Assembly: GCA_963791045.1 (NCBI GenBank)
Contig: CAWBQK010000017.1
Coordinates: 224,001-288,000, forward strand
Direction: 5' to 3'
DNA from: Candidatus Latescibacterota bacterium
GTDB lineage: Bacteria; Krumholzibacteriota; Krumholzibacteriia; WVZY01
DNA: 64,000 nucleotides
Shown: positions 37,796 through 47,014 of the stretch, piece after piece
Numbering within the stretch: the first letter of the stretch is position 1
How the letters are laid out: every line of letters starts with the position of its first letter
Made by a program: the position numbers and the translations under genes
The notes under the pieces: model-generated
Databases searched by the model: none
Told to the model about the DNA's origin: nothing
Seen by the model: only the letters and a program-made list of their open reading frames with translations

Positions 37796-38779
37796 TTGAG
37801 CGACTCACGCGGCAACTCTTATAAAGCGGAACTCGAGGGAATCAAGGCCCCCCTCGGGGTCATCCTCTATCTTATCAAGCGGGACAACATAGATGTCTAT
37901 GACATCCCGATTGCCAAGATCACAAAAGACTATCTCGAGTATCTCGACCTGATGGAGCAACTCCAGATCGATCTTGCCGGTGAGTTTTTTGTTCTCGCCG
38001 CGTCATTGATGCGTATCAAAGTGCAGATGCTTCTCAGGCGGGATGAGGATTCCGATGATCCGCGCGAAGAGCTGGTTCGAAATCTCCTCGAATACAAAAA
38101 GATGTTGGAAGCCGCGAAGTCATTCAAGGATCTCGAGAGCGAACGTCTCAAAGTTTTTAAGCGGCCCGTGCCCGACGAAGAGAAGGAACTCAAGACCGAA
38201 CCTGTTTTCGAGCTCAGCTTGTTCGAGATCATGCGGGCGTTCCGCGAGATCATGTCCGAGTTCGAATCGCAGACGGTCAGGGAGATCATCCCCGAAGAGT
38301 TTACAATCGAAGAGAAGATTGAAATCATCCTCGAGCGCGTCTCGGAAGGACGCCAGGTAACGTTCAAGGAACTGTTTTCCGGGAGTTCGTCAAAACTTGA
38401 AATAGTCGTGACGTTCATCGCTATTCTCGAGTTGGTGAAACGCGCTTTCGTGAAGTGCAGACAAGAAGTGTCGTTCAACGAAATCTGGATTTATCAAGCG
38501 GACCCGGACGAGTCCGGCGAATCCGAAGACGGTGAGTCGAACGACGCGTCCGGTCTCGATTCTCTCGATCAGGAATATGGCACGGCGGCGCCACGTGCGG
38601 TAGCAACGCCTGTTTCAGTGCCCGCGGCGACAACCGAAGTCGAACATGCTACTCCGGCCACCCCGGACTCTCTCGATTCGGAACCGGTCGCGCCCCCGCC
38701 GACGGAAGAAGGCCATGAACCCGAGCCCGAGAGTCCCGATGACACTTCCGCGGAAGACGTCCGTCGAGATAACAGTTGA
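37796..38779 (+). CDS. scpA: Segregation and condensation protein A (kleisin) with acidic/Pro-rich tail
   Basis: YLIKRDNIDVYDIPIAKIT, AGEFFVLAA, DPREELV, VVTFIAILEL. Confidence 0.92.
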   Translation: MSDSRGNSYKAELEGIKAPLGVILYLIKRDNIDVYDIPIAKITKDYLEYLDLMEQLQIDLAGEFFVLAASLMRIKVQMLLRRDEDSDDPREELVRNLLEYKKMLEAAKSFKDLESERLKVFKRPVPDEEKELKTEPVFELSLFEIMRAFREIMSEFESQTVREIIPEEFTIEEKIEIILERVSEGRQVTFKELFSGSSSKLEIVVTFIAILELVKRAFVKCRQEVSFNEIWIYQADPDESGESEDGESNDASGLDSLDQEYGTAAPRAVATPVSVPAATTEVEHATPATPDSLDSEPVAPPPTEEGHEPEPESPDDTSAEDVRRDNS

Positions 38780-38823
38780 TTAGCAATACATTCACGCACA
38801 GTCCCGGAGGGCACTAGATCCGA

Positions 38824-39756
38824 ATGGATATCAAACACCTCGATGATATCGTATTAGCCGTTTTATTTGCCTCGGACGAGGCGCTCAATTCAACCCGAAT
38901 CTGTTCGGTCCTCGATGACGTATCGCCGCAAGAGGTACGCGAATCACTAAAAAGACTCGAGTCGAGTTTCGGAGCGGAAGATTCCGTGATTCGTCTCGAG
39001 AAAGTGGCGGGCGGACATCAGTTGTCGACGAGCCCGCGCTTTTCGGAATACGTGGCCAGACTTTACAGGGGCCGGCGGAAGCAGCGTTTGTCAAAGGCGG
39101 CGATGGAAACTCTGGCTATCATTGCCTACAAACAACCGGTGACGCGATCCGATATCGAAGTCATTCGTGGTGTGGGATGCGGCGGGGTTGTGACAACGCT
39201 AATGGAAAGAACACTGATCCGTATCGTAGGGAAGGCAAAGGTTCTCGGTTCGCCTTTCCTGTATGGAACCACGCAGGAGTTCCTCGAGTATTTAGGTTTG
39301 AATAGTCTCAAGGATCTCCCGAGTCTGGAAGATCTCGAAGCCCTGCTCACAGAGGGTGCGGAAGCGGAGGCGACAGAAGAAAGTGGCGATCTGCTTGCCG
39401 GCGGAGAGATGCAAGAGACAGAGCTGGAAGATCAGGATCTCGACGATGAGGTCGCCGCAGATGACAAGCCGGTGGATGTTGAAATCGACGACGACCAGGT
39501 GTCCGGAGTGGACGAGGGGGAAGTTGTTCCCGACGAGGGCGAACAAGAGGATCAGGAACCCGAAGGCTCCGATGGCGCGGAAGATCAAGAAGACCAAGAA
39601 GAGCTGGAAGAACCGGATGAGCCGGACGCCATCGAGCCCGATGTTGCCCCAATAGACGGCGAGGAGCCCGAATTTGAGTCCGAACATACCGAAGAAGCGG
39701 AACCCGAGGAAACCTTCGACCCCGTCGACGAAAAGCGAGAAACCGCGCGAGAGTGA
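38824..39756 (+). CDS. scpB: Segregation and condensation protein B with long acidic tail
   Basis: LSKAAMETLAIIAYKQPVTRSDIEVIRGV, LYGTTQEFLEYLGL, LKDLP. Confidence 0.94.
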   Translation: MDIKHLDDIVLAVLFASDEALNSTRICSVLDDVSPQEVRESLKRLESSFGAEDSVIRLEKVAGGHQLSTSPRFSEYVARLYRGRRKQRLSKAAMETLAIIAYKQPVTRSDIEVIRGVGCGGVVTTLMERTLIRIVGKAKVLGSPFLYGTTQEFLEYLGLNSLKDLPSLEDLEALLTEGAEAEATEESGDLLAGGEMQETELEDQDLDDEVAADDKPVDVEIDDDQVSGVDEGEVVPDEGEQEDQEPEGSDGAEDQEDQEELEEPDEPDAIEPDVAPIDGEEPEFESEHTEEAEPEETFDPVDEKRETARE

Positions 39757-40483
39757 GGAAATACGTCTCAACCGCTTTCTTGCGATGCTCGGCGTGGGAG
39801 CGAGACGCACGTGTGATGACATCGTGAAATCGGGCCGCGTCAAAGTGGACGATCGCGTCGTCCGCGAGCCCGGAATGCGAGTTGTCCCGGGTGTTCACAG
39901 GGTCAGCCTCGATAACACCGTTCTCGAGAAACTCCCGTATCCGGTCGTGCTCGTGCTACACAAACCCATCGGTTATGTGACGACCGTATCGGATCCTTCC
40001 AATCGTCCCACGGTCCTCGATCTGTGCAAAAAATACGCCCGTAAAAAGCGGCTTTTCCCGGTGGGGCGGCTCGACATCAATACCTCGGGCGTGATCCTGC
40101 TGACGAACGACGGAATGTTGTGTTATCGTTTGACTCACCCACAGTTTGAAATTCCAAGAGTGTATACCGCGAAGGTGCGGGGGGTCGTCGACGAGCGTAG
40201 ACTTCGACGTCTGAACAACCAGGCCGCCGGCGATCGCAGGAAAGCGGACGAGGGACGGGCCGTCGAGTATATCAGCACAAGCGGCAAAGTTTCGACGCTC
40301 AAGATTACATTGAAGGAAGGACGAAACCGGCAGGTGAGGAAGATGTGCGAAAACGTTGGACTGCGCGTGGTCCAACTCAAAAGGGTGCAATTCGGTCCCG
40401 TCTCGGTGAGAAAACTGCCACTGGGAAGCGTGCGGCCGCTGGAGAAAAGAGAGATTGAGAAACTGATTCGACTTATGTCGTGA
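39674..40483 (+). CDS. rluB: RsuA/RluB-family rRNA pseudouridine synthase
   Basis: S4 domain IRLNRFLA, HKPIGY, VGRLD, EGRNRQVRKM; start uncertain (TTG overlapping scpB). Confidence 0.88.
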   Translation: MSPNIPKKRNPRKPSTPSTKSEKPRESEEIRLNRFLAMLGVGARRTCDDIVKSGRVKVDDRVVREPGMRVVPGVHRVSLDNTVLEKLPYPVVLVLHKPIGYVTTVSDPSNRPTVLDLCKKYARKKRLFPVGRLDINTSGVILLTNDGMLCYRLTHPQFEIPRVYTAKVRGVVDERRLRRLNNQAAGDRRKADEGRAVEYISTSGKVSTLKITLKEGRNRQVRKMCENVGLRVVQLKRVQFGPVSVRKLPLGSVRPLEKREIEKLIRLMS

Positions 40484-40497
40484 CAGGAGGGATGGGA

Positions 40498-41604
40498 ATG
40501 GATCTGGACAAGCTTGCGAAGCCATTTTTGAAAGACCTTCGGCCGTACAGTCCGGGGAAACCGATCGAACAGGTTATGCGCGAGAGAGGAATAACGGTAC
40601 CGCCGATCAAACTTGCCTCGAACGAGAACCCTTACCCGCCCTACCAAAAGATACGCGATGCGATGGTTGCGGCAATCGATGACGTCAATCGTTATCCGGA
40701 GTCGGGATCGCCGGTGCTTACAGACGGCATCGCGGCGCTGTGGGGGGTCGATCGTGAGGAGATTTGTATCGGTAACGGCACAAATGAAATCATCGATCTA
40801 CTGATACGCGCGTTCGTCGATACCGGCGAGAATACCGTCTTCTCGTCTTTGAGCTTCGCGATCTATAAGCTGATAAGCATGCAATGCGGCGTCGGGGGAA
40901 TCGAGGTTCCGTGCTTGGACTACAAACACGATCTTCCCGCTATTGCCGCCGCGGTGACCCCCGCGACAAAGATTGTGTTTGTATGCAACCCGAACAATCC
41001 GACGGGCACCTACAACACGACACCGGAGATCGAGACATTCCTCGGCCAGGTCCCCGAAGACGTCCTGGTGGTCGTCGACCAGGCCTACCTCGAATATGTG
41101 ATGTGCGAAGACTACCCCGATATTGTCGCGCTGAGGAAGAAGCACCCGAATATCGTGTCGCTCAGAACATTCTCGAAGGTGTACTCGCTCGCCGGACTTC
41201 GAATTGGCTATGCGATCGCCGACAAAAAAGTCATCGGAATTCTTAACAAGATGAGGCAACCGTTCAATGTCAACCGCATGGCGCAGGCGGCGGCGTTGGC
41301 CGCACTTGATTGCCGTGACGAGTTGGCGGATTACACGATCGAGAACGCGAGGGAACGCGAAAAGGTGCGAAACGCAATCCTCGGACTTGGCTGCGAGTGC
41401 CCGCCGACGCAGACGAACTTTTTGTTTGTCATCGTCAAGGGGCTCAGCGGGAATGCGTCGAGCAGACTCGAAGACCTTGGAATCATCGTGCGTCCGATGG
41501 GCCAGTTCGGTGGTTCTGACAACTCCTTCAGGGTCAACATGGGAACACCAAAAGAGAATGACCGGTTTATCGAAGGCTTCCGCAAGATCATGAGTGAAGG
41601 GTAG
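40498..41604 (+). CDS. hisC: Histidinol-phosphate/aromatic aminotransferase
   Basis: KLASNENP, CNPNNPTG, DQAY, RTFSKVYSLAGLRIGY; SD AGGAGG. Confidence 0.92.
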   Translation: MDLDKLAKPFLKDLRPYSPGKPIEQVMRERGITVPPIKLASNENPYPPYQKIRDAMVAAIDDVNRYPESGSPVLTDGIAALWGVDREEICIGNGTNEIIDLLIRAFVDTGENTVFSSLSFAIYKLISMQCGVGGIEVPCLDYKHDLPAIAAAVTPATKIVFVCNPNNPTGTYNTTPEIETFLGQVPEDVLVVVDQAYLEYVMCEDYPDIVALRKKHPNIVSLRTFSKVYSLAGLRIGYAIADKKVIGILNKMRQPFNVNRMAQAAALAALDCRDELADYTIENAREREKVRNAILGLGCECPPTQTNFLFVIVKGLSGNASSRLEDLGIIVRPMGQFGGSDNSFRVNMGTPKENDRFIEGFRKIMSEG

Positions 41605-41652
41605 AGGTGCGGGGATGATTTCTCCTTATTTTTGGAAACGGAAACGCACGGC

Positions 41653-43026
41653 ATGAAGCGGCCAGACAGCGCGGAAGACATCCTGCAGCGAATCGTCATA
41701 TCGCTGGACGGCCCGGCGGGATCGGGGAAGACCACGACGGCTCGCGAAATCGCCGCTGCGCTCGATTTGCTCCATATCGACACGGGGGCGATGTACCGGG
41801 CGGTTACGTGGAAGGCTCTCAACGATGGAGTTGATCCTGAAGACGAGCCCAGCGTGACGTCCATTGCGACGGCTATCCAACTTGATTTTCCGGACGGAGA
41901 TGACGGAAACAAACGTGTCATTGCGGACGGCAACGACATAACCGGTGCGATACGCACGCTCGAGGTGACAAAAAACGTATCGGTTGTCAGCTCGTATGCC
42001 GGCGTCCGGAGGGCGATGGTCGGCCTGCAGCGTCGGTTGTCGGAGACGGGTGGCGTCGTGCTCGAAGGGCGGGATATCGGCAGTGTGGTTCTACCGTCGG
42101 CGCACGTCAAAGTGTACCTCGACGCGTCGACCGATGAGCGCGCCGAACGACGGCGCAAGGAACTCGCACAAAAGGGTATCGAAGAACCCTTCGATGCCAT
42201 ACGCGCCGATATCGAGAGACGCGATCACTTCGATTCGAACAGGGAACACAGCCCGCTTAAAATTCCCGTGGGAGCGCATATTGTCGATACGACCTCGCTG
42301 TCCATAAGTGAACAGGTGGGCAGGGTCGTTGATATCGCAAAATCCACGGCGGCGGCGCTGTTCGAACTGGCGGCGAAGCCCGGACAGAGGGCCGAGCTAA
42401 CCAGGAAGGCCTTTCACTACGAGTTGATCCGCCGATTCGCCCTCGTGTGCGCCAAGCTTCTTTTCGGGCTCCGGATCCAAAAGAAGGACGAGATTCCCTA
42501 TGTGGAGAACTTTATCTACGCCTCGAACCACAAGTCGAATGCCGATCCGCCTGTTATCGCGGGAACCGTGACCCGTGAGCTGGCCTTTGTCGCCAAGCGA
42601 AAGCTGTTCAAACTGCCGCTGCTCGGGGCCCTGATCCGGTCTCTCAACGCGTTTCCGACCCGAAGGGACATGTTCGACCGGGGTGCAATGGAGCATTGCC
42701 TGTCGGAACTCAACAGGGGACTGAGTCTCCTGATTTTCCCGGAGGGACACCGGATACGGGGCGAGGACCTTGGGCCCGGAAAACCGGGAATTGGCTATAT
42801 AGCTCTGAATTCAGGAGTTGCCGTCGTTCCCGTCTTTCTCTCCGGTACCGGCAATCTCAAATCTGCCTTTTTGCGCCGGCCGCGTATCACGGTCATCCAC
42901 GGGCGCCCCATCAGGCTCGCCGACCCTTCCAAAATCGATCCGACCTCGGAGAACTGCCGGGAATTCACCAATATGGTGATGTGCGCGATCGACGGGCTGC
43001 GTGAGGAATACGAGCGGGGCCGATAG
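41653..43026 (+). CDS. cmk: Fusion of cytidylate kinase and 1-acyl-sn-glycerol-3-phosphate acyltransferase (PlsC-like)
   Basis: DGPAGSGKTT, DTGAMYR, EGRDIG, then NHKSNAD (NHX4D) and FPEG in a single frame; alternative start TTG 41632. Confidence 0.92.
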   Translation: MKRPDSAEDILQRIVISLDGPAGSGKTTTAREIAAALDLLHIDTGAMYRAVTWKALNDGVDPEDEPSVTSIATAIQLDFPDGDDGNKRVIADGNDITGAIRTLEVTKNVSVVSSYAGVRRAMVGLQRRLSETGGVVLEGRDIGSVVLPSAHVKVYLDASTDERAERRRKELAQKGIEEPFDAIRADIERRDHFDSNREHSPLKIPVGAHIVDTTSLSISEQVGRVVDIAKSTAAALFELAAKPGQRAELTRKAFHYELIRRFALVCAKLLFGLRIQKKDEIPYVENFIYASNHKSNADPPVIAGTVTRELAFVAKRKLFKLPLLGALIRSLNAFPTRRDMFDRGAMEHCLSELNRGLSLLIFPEGHRIRGEDLGPGKPGIGYIALNSGVAVVPVFLSGTGNLKSAFLRRPRITVIHGRPIRLADPSKIDPTSENCREFTNMVMCAIDGLREEYERGR

Positions 43027-43083
43027 ACGGACCCCCTCTTGTCCCAGTCCTATCGGCAAAATCATCCTATTTATACTTTTCAT

Positions 43084-43112
43084 TTGCATTTATCAGGATT
43101 CGGGATTATTAT
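43084..43112 (+). promoter_or_regulatory. Putative sigma70 promoter of rpsA
   Basis: TTGCAT-N17-TATTAT in an AT-rich gap. Confidence 0.5.
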
Positions 43113-43163
43113 TCTCGGGTCATTTTTATGACAAAAATCTACTGTAAAGGGGGAATTTTTTTT

Positions 43164-45377
43164 ATGGACGTTACCGGTATGGGGTCCCCTGAGACCCCAA
43201 GAGACGAAGAAATAAAAAAGATGGGGGGTGATACGTCACAAGAAGAGGTGGCGACAGTAGCCGCCGCGACCACCAAGAAGGGTGGCCGAGGCCGTCGCTC
43301 GCCTGTTTATGCGGATTTTGAAGAGCTGGATAGGGAAATGGCCGTCAAGGAATCGGAAGGCGACCAGAGCGAGTCCGGTTTGGCTCTGATCAAAGAACTT
43401 GACAGTATGGTTAGTACGTTTACCGAAGGCCAGATTGTCAAAGGTTCGATCACGGAGATAAGAGAAAACGAGATCATAGTTGATGTCGGATTCAAGAGCG
43501 AGGGAACGATACCCGTTTCCGAGTTTCGTGATTTTGACCAGATTACTCCGGGTGATCCCGTCGACGTGTTTCTCGAGAAACTCGAGAACCAGGACGGCCT
43601 CGTCGTGCTTTCGAAAGAGAAAGCGGACTTCTTTAAGGTCTGGGATGAGATCAAAGATGGCTACGACGATGGCAGTATCATGGAAGGCCGTGTAGCGCGT
43701 CGAATCAAGGGAGGTCTCGTTGTGGATCTCCTCGGTGTGGACGCGTTCTTGCCCGGAAGTCAAATTGCCCTCAGGCAAGTACCAAATCTTGATGATCTGA
43801 TCAGCCAAACTTTAAGTTTCAAGATCATCAAAATCAACAAACGCAGACGAAACATCGTCGTTTCGCGACGGATTGTCCTTGAAGAACAGCGTGAAGAGCA
43901 GAAGAAAACTCTTCTCGGCGAACTCGAGGTCAGCCAGGTCCGCGAAGGTGTCGTCAAGAACATTACCGACTTTGGCGCGTTCGTCGATCTCGGTGGTGTA
44001 GACGGACTTCTTCACCTCACGGACATGACCTGGGGCCGCATCGGCCATCCGTCCGAAGTCGTTTCAATCGGCGATCAGATCAATGTTAAAGTGCTCGACT
44101 TCGACAGTGAGAGAGAAAAGATCTCACTGGGTCTCAAGCAGCTCACGCCACATCCGTGGGACGGCGTCGACGAACGTTATGTCGTTGACGAACGCGTTCA
44201 CGGTCGCGTGGTAAGCATCACCGATTATGGTGCGTTCGTCGAACTCGAGAAGGGTGTCGAAGGACTAATTCACATTTCCGAGATGTCATGGACACGGCAT
44301 GTGAAACATCCTTCCAAGCTCCTCTCCATCGGCGAAACGGTCGAGGCCGTCGTACTCAAAGTCGACAAAGAGCATCAGAAGATCTCGCTTGGTCTCAAGC
44401 AAATCGAACCGGATCCGTGGAGCCTTATCGAAGGCAAATATCCCATAAGCACGCGGTTGACCGGAAAAGTCCGGAATCTCACAAACTTTGGGGCATTTGT
44501 TGAAATCGAAGAGGGCATCGACGGTCTGCTTCATATTTCGGATATGTCGTGGGCGAAACGTGTTCGTCACCCGAGCGAAATGCTCAAGAAGGGCGACGAG
44601 ATCGATGTCATCGTTCTCGATATCAGCCAGGACAAAAAGCGGATCAGTCTTGGTATGAAACAGCTGCAGGATAATCCTTGGGATTCGCTCGCCACAGAGT
44701 TTGCCGTCGACACATCGGCGGAAGGCAAAGTGACGAGAATTCTCGATAGGGGCGCGGTTGTCGAACTGCGTTCGGACGTCGAGGGATTTGTCCCCGTGGG
44801 GCAGATGGGCAAGCCCGATCTGAAGCACCCCGAGGACTGTTTCTCGGTTGGAGATACCTTGCCGCTTAAAGTGATCAAGATCGATCCGAAAAACAAACGA
44901 ATCGTTCTTAGTATCGGGGCATATCTCAAGGGCCTGGAGGTCGAAGAGGTTGAGGCTTTTCACGAACGTTATCCGGTAACGGAACGTCCGGAAGAGGAAG
45001 CCTCTGAAGCTGCTGATGGAGAAGCCGTGGAAGCATCTGAAGCGTCAGATACGGCGAAATATCCGGAAGCGGCTGATGACTCCGGGGATGTCGCAACGGA
45101 AGCGGCCGGGGACGCCCCCGAAGCCGCGGCCGCCGAGACTGCTGAAACATCCGCCGAGGCGGAGACGCCTGAAGCGGAATCGGCAGAATCAGCCGATCCG
45201 GCACCGGCGGAAGCAGTCGAAGCCTCGGAGACGGCGCCTGAGGCCGTCGAAGAAGAAGCGACTCCTGAGCCCGTAGAGACCGCGGAGGCGCCCGCCGAAC
45301 CGGAAGCGGCCCCCGAAGCTGCGCCGGAAGAAGCCGCTGCCGATGAGCCCGAAGAAGAGGAGAAGAAAGAGCCCTAG
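43164..45377 (+). CDS. rpsA: 30S ribosomal protein S1 with long Glu/Ala/Pro C-terminal tail
   Basis: Six S1 repeats (DVGFKSEG, KNITDFGAFVDLGG, TDYGAFVE, NLTNFGAFVE); SD AAGGGGG before ATG 43164 (alternative start 43128). Confidence 0.96.
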   Translation: MDVTGMGSPETPRDEEIKKMGGDTSQEEVATVAAATTKKGGRGRRSPVYADFEELDREMAVKESEGDQSESGLALIKELDSMVSTFTEGQIVKGSITEIRENEIIVDVGFKSEGTIPVSEFRDFDQITPGDPVDVFLEKLENQDGLVVLSKEKADFFKVWDEIKDGYDDGSIMEGRVARRIKGGLVVDLLGVDAFLPGSQIALRQVPNLDDLISQTLSFKIIKINKRRRNIVVSRRIVLEEQREEQKKTLLGELEVSQVREGVVKNITDFGAFVDLGGVDGLLHLTDMTWGRIGHPSEVVSIGDQINVKVLDFDSEREKISLGLKQLTPHPWDGVDERYVVDERVHGRVVSITDYGAFVELEKGVEGLIHISEMSWTRHVKHPSKLLSIGETVEAVVLKVDKEHQKISLGLKQIEPDPWSLIEGKYPISTRLTGKVRNLTNFGAFVEIEEGIDGLLHISDMSWAKRVRHPSEMLKKGDEIDVIVLDISQDKKRISLGMKQLQDNPWDSLATEFAVDTSAEGKVTRILDRGAVVELRSDVEGFVPVGQMGKPDLKHPEDCFSVGDTLPLKVIKIDPKNKRIVLSIGAYLKGLEVEEVEAFHERYPVTERPEEEASEAADGEAVEASEASDTAKYPEAADDSGDVATEAAGDAPEAAAAETAETSAEAETPEAESAESADPAPAEAVEASETAPEAVEEEATPEPVETAEAPAEPEAAPEAAPEEAAADEPEEEEKKEP

Positions 45378-45405
45378 ATCACAAAGGGATATTCTTCACT
45401 GTGTC

Positions 45406-45466
45406 ACTGTCCCCATGACGCTCCGCGGTTTTATAGCCAAGGGTTCGTTCATGGGGACAGTTTTTT
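45406..45466 (+). terminator. Probable rpsA terminator: 13-bp perfect inverted repeat + T-run
   Basis: ACTGTCCCCATGA (45406-18) / TCATGGGGACAGT (45449-61), ending in a T6 run (45461-66). Confidence 0.65.
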
Positions 45467-45504
45467 ATGGCAGGATTGCTCGTTTCATCCCATGATTTTG
45501 AGGC

Positions 45505-45533
45505 TTGACGGGCTTTTCAAAACAATCCATGAT
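45505..45533 (+). promoter_or_regulatory. Putative sigma70 promoter of lapAB
   Basis: TTGACG-N17-CATGAT. Confidence 0.4.
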
Positions 45534-45565
45534 TTAGCCAGTTGTTTTAAAAGGAGGCGAATCGA

Positions 45566-45880
45566 GTGTGGCTTATCAGAAGCGTCATTATCCTGGTTGG
45601 TGTCATCGCTTTTTTGTGGTTGGGAATGAACAACGCAGACCAAAGCGTTGATTTCAGGTTCTTTAACAAGACCTATCCCGCGCTGTCCGTGAACCTTTTG
45701 ATGCTGATGATTTTTGCGGCGGGAATGGTGTTCTCGTTCCTCATCTTCATCTTTAGCGAATTTCAACTGCGGCACACCATCAGCCGGAAGCAAAAAGAGG
45801 TCGTTCGTCTTCAGCGTGAGCTTGCCGCATTGCGGAACCTGCCGCTTGAGGAGGGGGAGTTTGAGAGAACCGACGGATAA
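45566..45880 (+). CDS. lapA: Lipopolysaccharide assembly protein A family
   Basis: Two TM helices, NNADQSVDFRF, C-terminal coiled coil ELAALRNLP; SD AGGAGG. Confidence 0.8.
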   Translation: MWLIRSVIILVGVIAFLWLGMNNADQSVDFRFFNKTYPALSVNLLMLMIFAAGMVFSFLIFIFSEFQLRHTISRKQKEVVRLQRELAALRNLPLEEGEFERTDG

Positions 45881-45916
45881 TCCGACGGCCGTTCTCCACC
45901 CGGTATCACCCTCTTT

Positions 45917-47014
45917 GTGGGGAGTTATATGTTTTCATTTCGAAGAAAAAACCGTCCCACGTCGGACGAAGCCTATATCACGGCGTTGAAGCGGATGATC
46001 GATGGCGACCAGGAGAGTGCCCTGTCGTCGCTTCAGACGGCGGTACGAAGCGGGCAGGCGCGTACGGACGCCTATATCCGTCTGGGGAACCTGCTCCGCT
46101 TGCGCGGTGATGTTAACAAAGCCGTGCAGATCCATCAAAGTCTCACCGTGAAGACCGATCTCACGAAAGACGAAAAGGTTGAGTTGTTTCTCAATCTCGC
46201 CGAAGACTACGCGGCGATGGGCAATTCGGAAAAGTCCGCCCGGACGCTCGAGACGGCTGTCAAGACGTTGAACATAAAAGACCCTGCGGTTTTCCTGAAG
46301 ATCGCCAAGCAGTATCATGTGCTCGGTGAATTGGAGAAAGCGTACGACGCTTTGAAGGAAGCGTTGAAATACGGAGGAATTGGCGACCGCGAACTGGCCT
46401 TGTTTCTGGCGACGGCGGCGGGCGACCTGATCGAAAAGGAAGACAACAGGGAAGCAAAGAAAGTCCTGGCACGCGCTCTGAAACACGACGCGAACTGTGC
46501 GCCGGCACAGGTATTGGCCGGCGATCTTGCCGAGGCGTCGGGTGAAATTGACGAAGCGATCGAGAGGTGGCGTCAGGCAGCCCTGCTCTCACCCCAGCTC
46601 GCTCCGACCGTTCTCGGTAAGCTCGAAACCGTCCTCTACGACAAGGGGCGTTTTGGCGAAATTGAGAAAATTTACAACGACGTCCGTAACGCGAGGGGAA
46701 GCGACGAATCGGCGAGCCTCGGAATCGCGGCGTTCTATAAAAAGCAGGGACGCGGAGACGAAGCCATTCAGCATCTCGAGGACTATTTGACGGTATTCCC
46801 GGAATCGGCAAGAGGGCGCCTTCTGCTCGCGTCCTTGTACGCCAAGTACAGGGATCCGGACGCCCTGGAGCGCTTTCTTGACGAGTCGATAAAGGACTCG
46901 ATTGAGCATCGTCCCTATGTTTGTCAGGTTTGTCAGTATCAATCAGAATCGATTCGATGGCACTGTCCGCGGTGCAACGCGTTTGACTCTTTCTCAACCG
47001 ACCATGAAATTTAA
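45917..47014 (+). CDS. lapB: LapB (YciM)-like TPR + rubredoxin protein; 5' end uncertain
   Basis: LGNLLRLRGDVNKAVQIHQSL; C-terminal YVCQVCQY...WHCPRCNAF. Confidence 0.85.
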   Translation: MGSYMFSFRRKNRPTSDEAYITALKRMIDGDQESALSSLQTAVRSGQARTDAYIRLGNLLRLRGDVNKAVQIHQSLTVKTDLTKDEKVELFLNLAEDYAAMGNSEKSARTLETAVKTLNIKDPAVFLKIAKQYHVLGELEKAYDALKEALKYGGIGDRELALFLATAAGDLIEKEDNREAKKVLARALKHDANCAPAQVLAGDLAEASGEIDEAIERWRQAALLSPQLAPTVLGKLETVLYDKGRFGEIEKIYNDVRNARGSDESASLGIAAFYKKQGRGDEAIQHLEDYLTVFPESARGRLLLASLYAKYRDPDALERFLDESIKDSIEHRPYVCQVCQYQSESIRWHCPRCNAFDSFSTDHEI

